A DNA stretch of 63,873 nt, filler included, from Octopus bimaculoides (GCF_001194135.2; 11 parts of 8 records of this genome joined end to end with filler, not necessarily neighbours in it), one strand, 5' to 3'. Counted from the whole stretch's first letter, positions 14,401 to 27,991 are shown. Translations and numbers: made by a program. Notes: a model not told the origin generated them from the letters alone.

Positions 14401-14888
14401 ATTAGCGTCACAGAACTTCGATAGCATTAGGAAAAATCTTCATTTCCTGTACGACATCGATGGCATATATGTACCCCAAAAGCACCCAACATAGTTCTAG
14501 AATCATGCCCTTGACCTTTACCAAGCTTTGATAACGGAGCGATCCTATTCGTTGAAAGTTAGTTGTGTTTCCTGTATTTACAAATATATGACTATTGCCG
14601 AAGTTTTCCTCCTGGCCTCTATCAATGAAATCCTTCAGTTACGTAGACTGAACAACATAAAACTCCATTAACTACACATTTTTCTTTTAATAATATGCAT
14701 AGTATACCAGGTCGAACGATATAGGTTATCACCAAGTTACAGATTACGCACGCTTATATGAAAATATATGGAGACATTTTTGTAAATACGGAACACATTG
14801 AGACACACGTACGCACACGTGTGCATGTATACGCACACCTGAACACACATACTCATACATACGTACACATACACACACACACGCGCTC

Positions 14889-14932
<44 letters not shown>

Positions 14933-15837
14933 NNNNNNNNNNNNNNNNNNNNNNNNNNNNNNNNNNNNNNNNNNNNNNNNNNNNNNNNNNNNNNNNNNNN
15001 NNNNNNNNNNNNNNNNNNNNNNNNNNNNNTATACATACAGAGAGAGAGAGGGGGAGAGTGAGATAAGACAAAGAGAGGGAGGCGAGAGATAACTATAAGA
15101 AAACAAAGTATGGACATGTACAAAGACATTCATAAGCATATACATGTATATATATATATGTATGTTTTTATATATATGTTTGTGTCTATAAATGCGCATA
15201 TTTACATGGATACATATATATGCATACATGTATACGTATGCATGAATTCATGCATGCATGCATGCATGATACTTACACACATACATACGCGCATGCATAC
15301 ATACATGCCTGAAAGTAGAGATATATATAATTCGCGAACGAAGTAGCACAAGGCAGAAACGTGAGCGAGACATACCGAGCCTCAAGATATAGAGAAGACA
15401 GGACGCGATACTGTATGAATACGAATCGGTGACCTTAATCCATACATCAAGTGAGAAGTTGAACTCCCTCTGACATATTTTAGAATTGTGACAGATATCG
15501 GCTTATTGGGAGAGAGACAATCACAGGCTTCTGCAAATCTAGTTTGTCATTTTCGTACGAAACATCATCAATCAGCTGTATAATGTATCAAATAATTATT
15601 TGACAACATAATGCTATATTTCTTCTTCGACGTCTCTATACGTACATGTAGGTGTATGGGTATATATATGGGTGTGTAGATGTCTGAGTCTGTACACCTA
15701 CGTAAGTATTTGTGTTTTGTATGTTTGTACCAATAAGTGCATGCATGTGTGTGTAGAAATGTCTTGTATGTATATCAATAGGTAGATATGTATATAAGCA
15801 TACATACAGATGCACATATATATGCATATGCACATAC

Positions 15838-15881
<44 letters not shown>

Positions 15882-15981
15882 NNNNNNNNNNNNNNNNNNN
15901 NNNNNNNNNNNNNNNNNNNNNNNNNTTAATTAATTAANNNNNNNNNNNNNNNNNNNNNNNNNNNNNNNNNNNNNNNNNNNN
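15882..15981. other. Artificial assembly gap spacer 44N-TTAATTAATTAA-44N
   Basis: The same 12-mer sits inside N runs at 15926, 21094, 25006, 29031, 38274, 50476, 52839, 54927, 58297 and 62391. It is palindromic with stops in all six frames. Confidence 0.95.
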
Positions 15982-16016
<35 letters not shown>

Positions 16017-16285
16017 CACACACAACACATAAATATACATACATACACATACATATTGGATGTGTATTGCTAATAATAATGATGGTGATGATAGCAATAA
16101 TAATGGGACCCTGAGGAGATGGAGTATCCTATATTTTATAATATTTTATAATATTTTATGATATGTATTAATCATTCTGGATGTTCTATCGAAATGTACA
16201 TAGGTCTATTAATTTGTTATTATTATTGCTATTGTTGTTGTAATAAAGTATTTTCAACGGATCAATTTTGAGCTCTATTTAAAGT

Positions 16286-16319
<34 letters not shown>

Positions 16320-17280
16320 ATGTATGAAAGTGGCTCTTGAGTTCGCATTCACCGTTCTGAACATTCCTTCTTTCCAACTATAACTACTTCTTTATGTTTC
16401 CTTTTTTTTTTCAGAACAAGCAGCAAACAAGCTGTTCCGAAACTAAAAGAAACGTAAACAAGCCTGGAGTAAATAATATTACGCATTAATTTCCTTTTCA
16501 CAACTCTTCTGTATGATACATTACACAAACGTTAGACAGTAGGACGTTAGGTAAAAGATTGACAGCAAATATAATATAGAAGTATACCTATTATTTCCTT
16601 TAAATCGTTTAAATATATGTATTATATTTTCAAATTTACTGTCCGTACCAAATTGCAATTTAATTTGTGACAGTCGACAGCTTGATGGATTAACCTTCAG
16701 AACTAGAGGATGGTTCAGATTTAGATATAGCTAAGGGAAAAGCAATTATTTCAAACTTGTTTTCTTATGCAACACTACCATTGTGAACTACAAGCTATTA
16801 TCTTGATCGATTAATCACAAATAGTATACGACCATGACAGTAGTAGATTTTATTCCAGAGAAAGATAAGGAATTTGTGACAGGTTTTCATGTATATACGA
16901 ATAAATTGTATTTTTGTTATGTTGAAACATTATCCATGTTGACGTTAGCATATTTTCCAGGAAAAAAACTTAAAATAGATTACACGACGGTGTTTGAGAG
17001 AACAACTGTCTCGTGTTGATCGTTATTTGGAGAACACTCGAAAAACTTAAAAACTTAGTATGTAGAAAGAGTTATTAAAGACGTTGAAATACATTAGTAG
17101 TACATTTCTATCTAAATAGAGCATTCACTGTACTTTGATAGAAATATAACAAACATAAAAATTATTCCTCAGTATTTAACATAGAACTAATATAAGCCAC
17201 CAAGTAAATGACCTCCGATATAAACGTAAAATAACTTTATAAAAATCAGCTCTCCCTCCCTCTCTCTCTCTCTCTCTCTT

Positions 17281-17319
<39 letters not shown>

Positions 17320-17378
17320 GCGTATATATTTTTGTGTGTGTATATATATGTGTGTGTGTACATATATATGTACATATC

Positions 17379-17405
<27 letters not shown>

Positions 17406-17412
<7 letters not shown>

Positions 17413-18067
17413 TTATAAAATCTGCTAATTAATCACATATTAATTAATATTGATTAATTATCAGGAGGCCAGCACATCTAAAGAATGAAAGAGATTCAGA
17501 AATATTATCTGCAATCTCAGGGGATTAAGGTACATTTAAAAAAAATAACGTTGACCACTAACGTGGACAATTAATGTGCTAGAAATAGATCACATCTTGT
17601 ATCTATTAAGACCTAAATTGTTCTCAACATGAAATATAGCAGCAATTCAAAACGTAAGCGGGCAAGACATTTGAAATCACCTAAAAAAAACATCATTAAA
17701 CAGGTACCGGTTTCGGATTTAACAAATCTTACCGATTGTCCGTTCCTCTTCAACCTGATTTGTAATGTAACCGCAATCATCAGAATCGTATACAGAGTTG
17801 CTCACCGCCATGGGTGCGCGTGTATATGGTTCTGCTAATTACAGATTAATGATAAAATTCAAAAGTCTTCGTTTTGGCGCGCTAATTCCAGGAATATATC
17901 TGCAGAAAATATTTACTGCGTCGTATATATTCAGTATGAGAAAATGGGTAATGGGTAAAATATTATTATATAATCTGGTAATTAATCACATATTAATTAA
18001 TATTGATTAATTATCAGGAGGCCAGCACATCTACAGAATCAAAGAGATTCAGAAATATTATCTGCAA
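17406..18067 (+). repeat. ~110-bp direct repeat pair, offset 553 bp
   Basis: 17406-17515 vs 17959-18067 (ATTAATCACATATTAATTAATATTGATTAATTATCAGGAGGCCAGCACATCT...) with about 4 substitutions; the second copy runs into a gap. Confidence 0.85.
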
Positions 18068-18519
18068 NNNNNNNNNNNNNNNNNNNNNNNNNNNNNNNNN
18101 NNNNNNNNNNNNNNNNNNNNNNNNNNNNNNNNNNNNNNNNNNNNNNNNNNNNNNNNNNNNNNNNNNNNNNNNNNNNNNNNNNNNNNNNNNNNNNNNNNNN
18201 NNNNNNNNNNNNNNNNNNNNNNNNNNNNNNNNNNNNNNNNNNNNNNNNNNNNNNNNNNNNNNNNNNNNNNNNNNNNNNNNNNNNNNNNNNNNNNNNNNNN
18301 NNNNNNNNNNNNNNNNNNNNNNNNNNNNNNNNNNNNNNNNNNNNNNNNNNNNNNNNNNNNNNNNNNNNNNNNNNNNNNNNNNNNNNNNNNNNNNNNNNNN
18401 NNNNNNNNNNNNNNNNNNNNNNNNNNNNNNNNNNNNNNNNNNNNNNNNNNNNNNNNNNNNNNNNNNNNNNNNNNNNNNNNNNNNNNNNNNNNNNNNNNNN
18501 NNNNNNNNNNNNNNNNNNN

Positions 18520-19310
18520 CTCCTCAAAGGGACCCATCATGGACATTATCATATCACTGACTCTTTTACCTGCACTTCTAGCAACGTTATCTACTGCATC
18601 TCCTGCTCTTTCTATCCTTCTCTATACATCGGTCAAATGTCGAGGAACACTTCCGAGACATCCAACTTGGCAACGACATCCCGGTCTCGCGCCATTTATG
18701 CTCTACTGGTCACTCTTTACAACACCTGTCTGTGTTTGGATTGTCCTTGCACAGGAGCCATCCGGACTCTCGTCTTCGACCACCACAGAACACTACACAC
18801 TACCACACCACATCACCACAACACACACCATCACACCACACACCACCACACCACATCACCACACCACACACCACCACACCACACCACATCACACCACCCC
18901 GCACACACTAGCACTGACCACTTCCCAGCAACTACACCATCATCCACACAGCTACACATGCATACACGCAAACGTCAATGTCTCCAGCCCCCTTCCACAC
19001 GCACATAAACGCTCTTACATACACATGCACGCGTACCTTCGTTTTGGGATCACCAATATTTTATTATCTCCCTTTCTTCCTTGATCTCCTGTGTGATCCT
19101 TCTGTCCGGCATTCGCCATGATAGATCGCTAGGCACTAACCTTTTTTCTATTTAATCTGCCTGTGTTTTTTCTCTGTTACTTTCTGTCGAAGAGCATAGG
19201 TTCGAAACGTAAAAGACTTTCTCACTTCCCAAGCGTTAAACTAATACATCTGTTTGATATTTATACACCCGTCTTCGTCCTTTGTGTTTTTTTTTTTTTG
19301 TAAATTCTCA
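18520..19310 (+). mobile_element. Penelope-like element 3' end: GIY-YIG endonuclease remnant, CAC-rich tail, hammerhead-bearing terminus
   Basis: Frame from 18520 reads SFTCTSSNVIYCISCSFYPSLYIGQ, then after a frameshift EEHFRDIQLGNDIPVSRHLCSTGHSLQHLSVFGL, a typical PLE GIY-YIG pattern. Hammerhead-like motif at 19180-19215. Confidence 0.8.
19180..19215 (+). ncRNA. Minimal type-I hammerhead ribozyme motif, degenerate (A6 to U)
   Basis: CTTT-CTGTCGA-A-GAGC(ATAG)GTTC-GAAA-CGT-A-AAAG: helix I 4 bp, helix II 4 bp, palindromic helix III ACGT, GUA triplet. Confidence 0.55.
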
Positions 19311-19317
19311 CTATGAG

Positions 19318-19373
<56 letters not shown>

Positions 19374-19479
19374 AGTGTGAGAGAGAGAAATATATATAGA
19401 TATATAGCATTTGGAATGAAGTTTTCGTAATGTTTCTTTGTTGAATTTTATGAACAAGCGTTTCATGGGCAAATCGGAA

Positions 19480-20800
19480 TAGGAGATGTTGTTTTTGTAA
19501 CGGTGTTGTCTGTTTCCGGTTTAGTTTTGGATTTAGAATTCTTCTGTTGCTTTTCGTTGTTGATCATATTATTTTCTTCTATAGAGAGAAATATTTGGAA
19601 TTTTTCACTTACACAAACGTCTACGTTTTCACTACATGAAATATTTCTAATCGACGACTCTTACTTTGCTGTTTGTACACTCTGACACGACTGGTAAATT
19701 TTCTCCGATGTTAATTTTCATTGCATTGTGGACATTTGATGCAGCAGTTTAGTGGTTTTGATTTGCAAGTCATGATTATATTAGCAGTCAGTTCCTTTCC
19801 ATTCTTGATTGATTTAGTTGTCCCTTGCTCAATTATTTCACACATCCTGCAACAAGGGTCTCAGCAGTTACCTGAACTTCTTCCTCAGATATAAATCTCA
19901 TTTTTCTTCGGAGTCTTTGAGAATTGGTGATTGTTTTTAGTTGTAGATAATTAGTGACTTTTTAATTATTTGTCCGGCATTCGGTGATTGGTGTAAAATT
20001 GCAAGGTATCTTTTGGCCGAACGTAAGATGTTATGATTTCTAGGATGTTTATATTTGTGTTTTCTTTTCATTCTCATAGTGAGTGATTCTCCGTAACGCA
20101 GAGATTGTGATTTCTTTTGCTTTGGATATAGCATGATTTATTTATTTTTTGGCTGAATTTTCGCTTCTGAAGGAACATTTCTAATTCTAACTATCGTATG
20201 CTTCGTCGCTAACTATTGAATGTATATGCCTTGTCATACAGAATGGGATATTCCTTTTAGAGCGGGATGAGTGGCAAAATTTAAAATCTAAATTTTGGTG
20301 TTTGTGTGTGTGTGTGTGTATTTTTGCTTCTGTATATCTGCGCTGTTGTAACTGCCCTATTTTCCTTAGTCTTTAGGAAATCTTCCCCACTTCTCCATTG
20401 AATATGGTTGGAAATGTATCAGAATAACTACAGAAAAAGCATAGTTTTTTTCTAGTAACCCCTTTACTACTGTTGTATAAATTGGCTCGACGTTCGTTTC
20501 CATTACCCTGCCTTGTATTTGAAGTTCATATTGGCTACAAAAGAAGCAGTTGTTTTCTAGCACCAATTCATTTCGGAATCTTACCTGAATTTTTTATGGT
20601 TATTTGTCTATCCAGACATCTACTGCTTCCGATGCTAATCTATGGCGGATATATTTATGTAAAAGACCAGTTACATAGAAACTAACGAGAATCATTGTTT
20701 ATTTATTCTTTCTTAAACATAGTATACGCAGTCCATGTCATCTCTGATACAAGTAGATGCCAATTTCCACAACGTCTGCAAAATCATATCCGAAAAAGTG
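19480..20800 (-). mobile_element. Penelope-like element RT + GIY-YIG pseudogene (second PLE family)
   Basis: Broken minus-strand frames: YIRDD..ILVSFYVTGL; LVLENNCF..YELQIQGRVMETNVEPIYTTVVKGLLEK..WGRF (degenerate PLE RT QxxGxAMG motif); IKCPQCNEN*IGE..RVRVYKQQ (GIY-YIG). Confidence 0.8.
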
Positions 20801-21017
20801 CTCAATCATTCAGTGCTAGTTGTTGGCCCTGGAATAAAGGGTGGGAAATTATTTAGATATCCTGTATGAAAGTTTTAAAGTTGGTGTTGATTTATTTAAA
20901 TTTCTGGAGTTTTGGTAGTCCATAAAACATCTTTTACCTCAAAACTAGAGATTATCCAACTCATGTTTTATTACATCAATTCCAAGTTTTTCGTTAATTT
21001 AGCCATAAATAAAAATG

Positions 21018-21049
<32 letters not shown>

Positions 21050-21149
21050 NNNNNNNNNNNNNNNNNNNNNNNNNNNNNNNNNNNNNNNNNNNNTTAATTA
21101 ATTAANNNNNNNNNNNNNNNNNNNNNNNNNNNNNNNNNNNNNNNNNNNN

Positions 21150-21575
21150 AATAAAGTATTGGTGATCCCAAATCGCAGGTGCATTTGCGTATGTGTGTAT
21201 ATGAGAATGCATGTGTGTGGATAGCGGCTAGTTATTTTGATGTGTGTGGATGTGTGCATGAGTGTGCGCGTCTGTAATATATGCGTAAGAGTACGATGGT
21301 CTGTAGGTGTGCGGATGATGGTCTGTAGGTGTGAGTGCTGCGAAGTGGACAGTGCTAGTGTGTGTGTGGCTTGGTGTAGGGTAGTGTGATGTGGTGTGGA
21401 GGTATGGGCGTAGGGATGGTGTGTGTAGGTGTGGTGCGTGGGTTGGGTTGTGACTGGAGGGATATCGATAAAGGAGGGAAGTGTGTAGGAGTAAGGAGAG
21501 GAAGTATACGTCAGAGTAAGAGAGGAGAGGAGAAGTGGGTTGAGTGAAAAGAAGTAGTAGGTGTGAGATAACATC
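21150..21575 (-). mobile_element. Inverted, diverged copy of the PLE tail at 18780-19070
   Basis: Reverse complement shares CACACACTAGCACTG.CCACTTC.CAGCA and C.TTTGGGATCACCAATA.TTTAT with 18900-19066. Confidence 0.75.
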
Positions 21576-21577
21576 TA

Positions 21578-21614
<37 letters not shown>

Positions 21615-22472
21615 TTCGAAACGCCGGNNNNNNNNNNNNNNNNNNNNNNNNNNNNNNNNNNNNNNNNNNNNNNNNNNNNNNNNNNNNNNNNNNNNNNNNN
21701 NNNNNNNNNNNNNNNNNNNNNNNNNNNNNNNNNNNNNNNNNNNNNNNNNNNNNNNNNNNNNNNNNNNNNNNNNNNNNNNNNNNNNNNNNNNNNNNNNNNN
21801 NNNNNNNNNNNNNNNNNNNNNNNNNNNNNNNNNNNNNNNNNNNNNNNNNNNNNNNNNNNNNNNNNNNNNNNNNNNNNNNNNNNNNNNNNNNNNNNNNNNN
21901 NNNNNNNNNNNNNNNNNNNNNNNNNNNNNNNNNNNNNNNNNNNNNNNNNNNNNNNNNNNNNNNNNNNNNNNNNNNNNNNNNNNNNNNNNNNNNNNNNNNN
22001 NNNNNNNNNNNNNNNNNNNNNNNNNNNNNNNNNNNNNNNNNNNNNNNNNNNNNNNNNNNNNNNNNNNNNNNNNNNNNNNNNNNNNNNNNNNNNNNNNNNN
22101 NNNNNNNNNNNNNNNNNNNNNNNNNNNNNNNNNNNNNNNNNNNNNNNNNNNNNNNNNNNNNNNNNNNNNNNNNNNNNNNNNNNNNNNNNNNNNNNNNNNN
22201 NNNNNNNNNNNNNNNNNNNNNNNNNNNNNNNNNNNNNNNNNNNNNNNNNNNNNNNNNNNNNNNNNNNNNNNNNNNNNNNNNNNNNNNNNNNNNNNNNNNN
22301 NNNNNNNNNNNNNNNNNNNNNNNNNNNNNNNNNNNNNNNNNNNNNNNNNNNNNNNNNNNNNNNNNNNNNNNNNNNNNNNNNNNNNNNNNNNNNNNNNNNN
22401 NNNNNNNNNNNNNNNNNNNNNNNNNNNNNNNNNNNNNNNNNNNNNNNNNNNNNNNNNNNNNNNNNNNNNNNT

Positions 22473-23045
22473 TCTTCTTCTTCTTCTTCTCCTTCTTCTC
22501 CTTCTTCTCCTCCTTCGTCTCCTTCTCATTCTTCTCCTCCTCCTCCTCCTCCTTCTTCTTCTTCTTCTTCTTCTTCTTCTCTCTTTCTTTCTTTCTTTTG
22601 TATTCCTTACTCTCTTATTCTCTCTTACTCTTACTCTCTCCTACTCTTACTCTTACTCTCCCTTACTCTCTTACTCTCTCTTACTCTTACTCTCATACTC
22701 TCTCTTACTCTTACTCTCTTACTCTCTCTTACTCTTACTCTCTTACTCTCTCTTACTCTTACTTTCTTACTCTCTCTTACTCTTACTCTCTTACTCTCTC
22801 CTTCTCCCATCTCCATCTCTTTATATTACCCTCTTACTCTCTCTTTCTCCCATCTCCATCTGTTTATATTACGTGCCTACTGGCCATCCATTTGTTCTTT
22901 CTTTCACCATGTCACCCAGTCTGCTATTTTTACCACGACGCCCAGCAACAGCAACAACAACAACATGCATCACAACAACAAACAACAACGACAATGACTA
23001 CTACAACTACTACTACTACTACTACTACTACTACCACTGTTACTG
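22473..23045. repeat. Compound simple repeats (CTT)n, (CTCTTA)-type, (CAA)n, (CTA)n
   Basis: Direct reading. Confidence 0.9.
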
Positions 23046-23600
23046 CTGATGACCGTCTCACTGCTTTGTGTTTTCTCATTTGTTTTCTTGATTTATTGTT
23101 GTAGCCATGAGCTTTGATTTTCCATCCGTGACGTCAAGAACTATAAAAAACGACCACTTCATACATATATGACACGGTTGCATAAACATGTACATGCATA
23201 TGCATACGCAGAGACAACGCACCCATGCGAACAGAGATTCCTTTCACCCACCCATCCACCCACATACTGCATTCATACATACATACATACACACTCACAG
23301 CATTTATACACTCATAGAAACACTATCGCTCCCATTCACATGTTAGAAAGAATTCACATACAGACATTTACACCCCCCCCCCACACACACACAAATACAC
23401 ACATATATTCACACATGCACTCCTTTATACAGCATTGGATAAAATCATGGTGGCATTTATATACACACATAAGCACAATCAGATATGTACATAACGCACA
23501 GGTTTTGTATACACATATTTACATCCGTACATCGTCCTCTACACATACGTTTACACACTCGCACACATGCACATTCCATTAGCATGCATATAGATGTATG

Positions 23601-23926
23601 TTTCAGTCATTTGACCGTGGCCATGCTGGAGCACCGCCTTTAGTCGAATCAAATCGACCCCAGAACTTATCCTTTGTAAGCCTAGTACTTATTCTATAGG
23701 TCTCTTTTTGCCGAACCGCTAAGTTACGGGGACGTAAACACACCAGCATCGGTTGTCAAGCGATGGTGGAGGGACAAACACAGACACAGAAACATATGTA
23801 TATATATACATATATACGACGGGCTTCTTTCAGTTTCCGTCTACCAAATCTACTCACAAGGCTTTGGTCGTCCCGAGGCTATAGTAGAAGACACTTGCCC
23901 AAGGTGTCACGCAGTGGGACTGAACC
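23601..23926 (-). mobile_element. tRNA-derived SINE, family B (head lost in gap)
   Basis: GGCCATGCTGGAGCACCGCC...ACGACGGGCTTCTTTCAGTTTCCGTCTACCAAAT...GACACTTGCCCAAGGTG; copies at 31819, 54321, 56063. Confidence 0.85.
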
Positions 23927-24202
23927 NNNNNNNNNNNNNNNNNNNNNNNNNNNNNNNNNNNNNNNNNNNNNNNNNNNNNNNNNNNNNNNNNNNNNNNNNN
24001 NNNNNNNNNNNNNNNNNNNNNNNNNNNNNNNNNNNNNNNNNNNNNNNNNNNNNNNNNNNNNNNNNNNNNNNNNNNNNNNNNNNNNNNNNNNNNNNNNNNN
24101 NNNNNNNNNNNNNNNNNNNNNNNNNNNNNNNNNNNNNNNNNNNNNNNNNNNNNNNNNNNNNNNNNNNNNNNNNNNNNNNNNNNNNNNATATATATATATA
24201 TA

Positions 24203-24286
24203 CAGAATCTTTCGACTATCGCGGGGGTTACATTCCGAAACATTCCGAGATAGGAGAAAATTCCGCGATATGGCGAGGGGTTACTG
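24203..24286. mobile_element. Short pogo/Tigger-like MITE derivative (84 bp)
   Basis: TA|CAG...CGAGGGGTTACTG|TA; internal CTATCGCGGG..TTACATTCC is shared with 30079-30290. Confidence 0.7.
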
Positions 24287-25498
24287 TATGTATATATCTA
24301 AACTTGATTGTATTTACCCAATCATACATGCACACACATACATACCAATACATGTACATATAGTTGCCCACAATCACATAGACACTCCTTAATATATGTC
24401 TGCACTCATACACATCCACGCTCATCTCTATGTGCAAATATGTAAAATGGATGCAATTGCCTGTGCTTGTGAGCATGTGCATGTGTGTGGGCGCGCGTGT
24501 CTGGGTGTGGGTGTGGTTCTGTGTGCTCACGCGTGCGAGTTTGTTTGCATGTCAGCAAGTGCATATTTATTTGCATTTGCATGGAGAGTCATCCTCAGAA
24601 TAATAGCATGTATTCAAGCCGAAACCCATCTATTTCTGCACTTGTTCTTTACATCAAAGTTATCCACTATCAGGATGACATGATCAAAGGCGTTCCAGCT
24701 GTGGCCATCCGTAATTTTTGGTATATTGCCTATATTGGTCTAAACCGTATACAAGCATACTTACTTTTTCAATACATCAAAGAGTACTTCCAGAGAGGTT
24801 TTATTATATCTAGGAAAACGTCAGCGTTTGCTACAGCCAGTTTCAATGAAGGGAGTGTAACAATTTAGTGCGACAGTGATTACCCATATACATATATATA
24901 GATATATATATATTCATACATACATTTAAATATAATATTGTATATATATATATATATATATNNNNNNNNNNNNNNNNNNNNNNNNNNNNNNNNNNNNNNN
25001 NNNNNTTAATTAATTAANNNNNNNNNNNNNNNNNNNNNNNNNNNNNNNNNNNNNNNNNNNNTGTGTGTGTGTGTGTGTGTGTGTGTGTTGTATGTATTAG
25101 TAATATGTAATCTAGAACAACCTGTTGGATGTTCGGGCCGCCAACAAATAAACCTGCATGGTGACCAGGGTAGATTTCGGACCTCGTGAGGGATGAATGA
25201 AAAGAGGCATCAACGGGCAAATGAATTTTGAAGGGTCAACAGACTTCAAATTACTATATATGTATGTATATATGTATATACGTATATGTATATGTATCTA
25301 TATATGTGTACCTACATACGTATGCATGTATGCAGATATGTGTATGTGTATATACATATATGTATTTGTATGCTTGTGTGAAGATTGATGGTTTGGTACC
25401 CAGGTGCATATGTACCCTGGTAGAGTGTAGAAATGTGTAAAGCCGCCCAGTGCCCGCTTCAGGAATTTAGGACTTTGACAACTAGGCCACGTGCTTCA

Positions 25499-25542
<44 letters not shown>

Positions 25543-25544
25543 AT

Positions 25545-25610
25545 ACACTCACAACACCGGTCTGGGAATTGAAACCGCGATCCTACGACCGCGAGTTCGC
25601 TACCACTGGG
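25545..25610 (-). mobile_element. SINE family C head fragment
   Basis: ACACTCACAACACCGGTCTGGGAATTGAAACCGCGATCCTACGACCGC matches 81-130. Confidence 0.7.
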
Positions 25611-26515
25611 GTGCCGTTGCGCCTCCACTTGAATTAATATACTTTAGTGTATGAAAAAAAACCTCAGTATTTCAGTGGCATTTATTTATTGAAGCAGGTT
25701 ACATATAAGTTCAAATCGAGTCTCGTTGGATTTGTGTTCAGAAACTAGAAGCTATTTGATACAGCTCCAACTTGTAGCATCTACAGAAATGTAATATCTA
25801 TGAATGTTTGAAGCTATCCCTGGAACGAACCTCGCATATCTTACGCTTTCTATCATATATGTATGTGTATGTACTTATATATATATATATATATAAATAT
25901 ATACCGGAGTAAGCACATAAATATGAAACATGGTGGAAAAAGGAGTACTCGAGTACCAGAGGTAGAATAATATGCTTTATTTCAAAGCACCAGAAATATA
26001 ACAAAAANNNNNNNNNNNNNNNNNNNNNNNNNNNNNNNNNNNNNNNNNNNNNNNNNNNNNNNNNNNNNNNNNNNNNNNNNNNNNNNNNNNNNNNNNNNNN
26101 NNNNNNNNNNNNNNNNNNNNNNNNNNNNNNNNNNNNNNNNNNNNNNNNNNNNNNNNNNNNNNNNNNNNNNNNNNNNNNNNNNNNNNNNNNNNNNNNNNNN
26201 NNNNNNNNNNNNNNNNNNNNNNNNNNNNNNNNNNNNNNNNNNNNNNNNNNNNNNNNNNNNNNNNNNNNNNNNNNNNNNNNNNNNNNNNNNNNNNNNNNNN
26301 NNNNNNNNNNNNNNNNNNNNNNNNNNNNNNNNNNNNNNNNNNNNNNNNNNNNNNNNNNNNNNNNNNNNNNNNNNNNNNNNNNNNNNNNNNNNNNNNNNNN
26401 NNNNNNNNNNNNNNNNNNNNNNNNNNNNNNNNNNNNNNNNNNNNNNNNNNNNNNNNNNNNNNNNNNNNNNNNNNNNNNNNNNNNNNNNNNNNNNNNNNNN
26501 NNNNNNNNNNNNNNN

Positions 26516-26599
26516 TATATATGAACACATATATATATATATATATATGTATGCGTATATATGTATATGCATATATGTATATGAGTATATACATTCACA

Positions 26600-26642
<43 letters not shown>

Positions 26643-26851
26643 GTATATATCTACATACATATGTTTGCATTCATATATATATATGTATATACATATATAT
26701 TCATTTATATATATATATTTATATATATATATATGTATATTATATATATATATATATATATATACATGTGAGTACATACGTATATATTCACATATATATA
26801 TGTATATACATATATATTCATGTATATGTATATTTATATGTATATATAGAC

Positions 26852-26910
<59 letters not shown>

Positions 26911-27068
26911 CATATACACGTAAGGACATGCATGTGTTTATACACACACACACATACAACCTCATGCATATATGCACATATAAACATTTGTACATATTAG
27001 TGTTTATGTGCCATTGAGATGATCAATTATGCAGATATATGTGTATATATATACATGTAGTTTATATC

Positions 27069-27101
<33 letters not shown>

Positions 27102-27102
27102 T

Positions 27103-27191
<89 letters not shown>

Positions 27192-27260
27192 ATATATGTA
27201 TGTATGTATGTATGTATATATGTACATGTATGTATATATGTACATGTATGTATGTACGTG
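26516..27260. repeat. Compound (TA)n/(CA)n/(TACA)n microsatellite field
   Basis: Direct reading. Similar fields recur throughout and flank most gaps. Confidence 0.9.
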
Positions 27261-27682
27261 TTTACGCGCGCGCGCGTGTGTATTTGTACGGAAAGCAATA
27301 GAGACATTTTACAAAGCCAGTATGTATACATGTCAATTGCCTTCCTAGATCTTAATTAACTACGAAAAGGCATCCTATTGCCTGCGATATCTAACACTTA
27401 CTTCAATTTTTACATAATTTGGGATAACATGTGATGGAATTTATCTTCCGAGAATCAACGTTCATTTTTGATTGCATTGCAGTTAGGAAGGCTTTGGGGG
27501 TGGAGGTGGAGGTGGGGAATAAAATAATAAAAAATAAAAAAAAGGGAGAAACCAGTATTGACGAAACTTGCGAGATTAAACTTTAATAGAATAAGCATGG
27601 GTACGTATCAGCGATGCATCCGAGTACCCATGTAAATTTTTTGTGAGATATCAGCTATGTACATTGGTGCGTTTCTGTTGTG

Positions 27683-27738
<56 letters not shown>

Positions 27739-27991
27739 NNNNNNNNNNNNNNNNNNNNNNNNNNNNNNNNNNNNNNNNNNNNNNNNNNNNNNNNNNNNNN
27801 NNNNNNNNNNNNNNNNNNNNNNNNNNNNNNNNNNNNNNNNNNNNNNNNNNNNNNNNNNNNNNNNNNNNNNNNNNNNNNNNNNNNNNNNNNNNNNNNNNNN
27901 NNNNNNNNNNNNNNNNNNNNNNNNNNNNNNNNNNNNNNNNNNNNNNNNNNNNNNNNNNNNNNNNNNNNNNNNNNNNNNNNNNNNNNNNNNN

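Noticed and set aside
14380-14660. Possible LINE APE-endonuclease N-terminus on the minus strand (RIGSL...IDVVQEMK)
   Set aside because: The similarity is too faint to support without a profile search.
16834-17019. 61-aa ORF MTVVDFIPEKDK...
   Set aside because: No recognisable domain, and this length is expected by chance.
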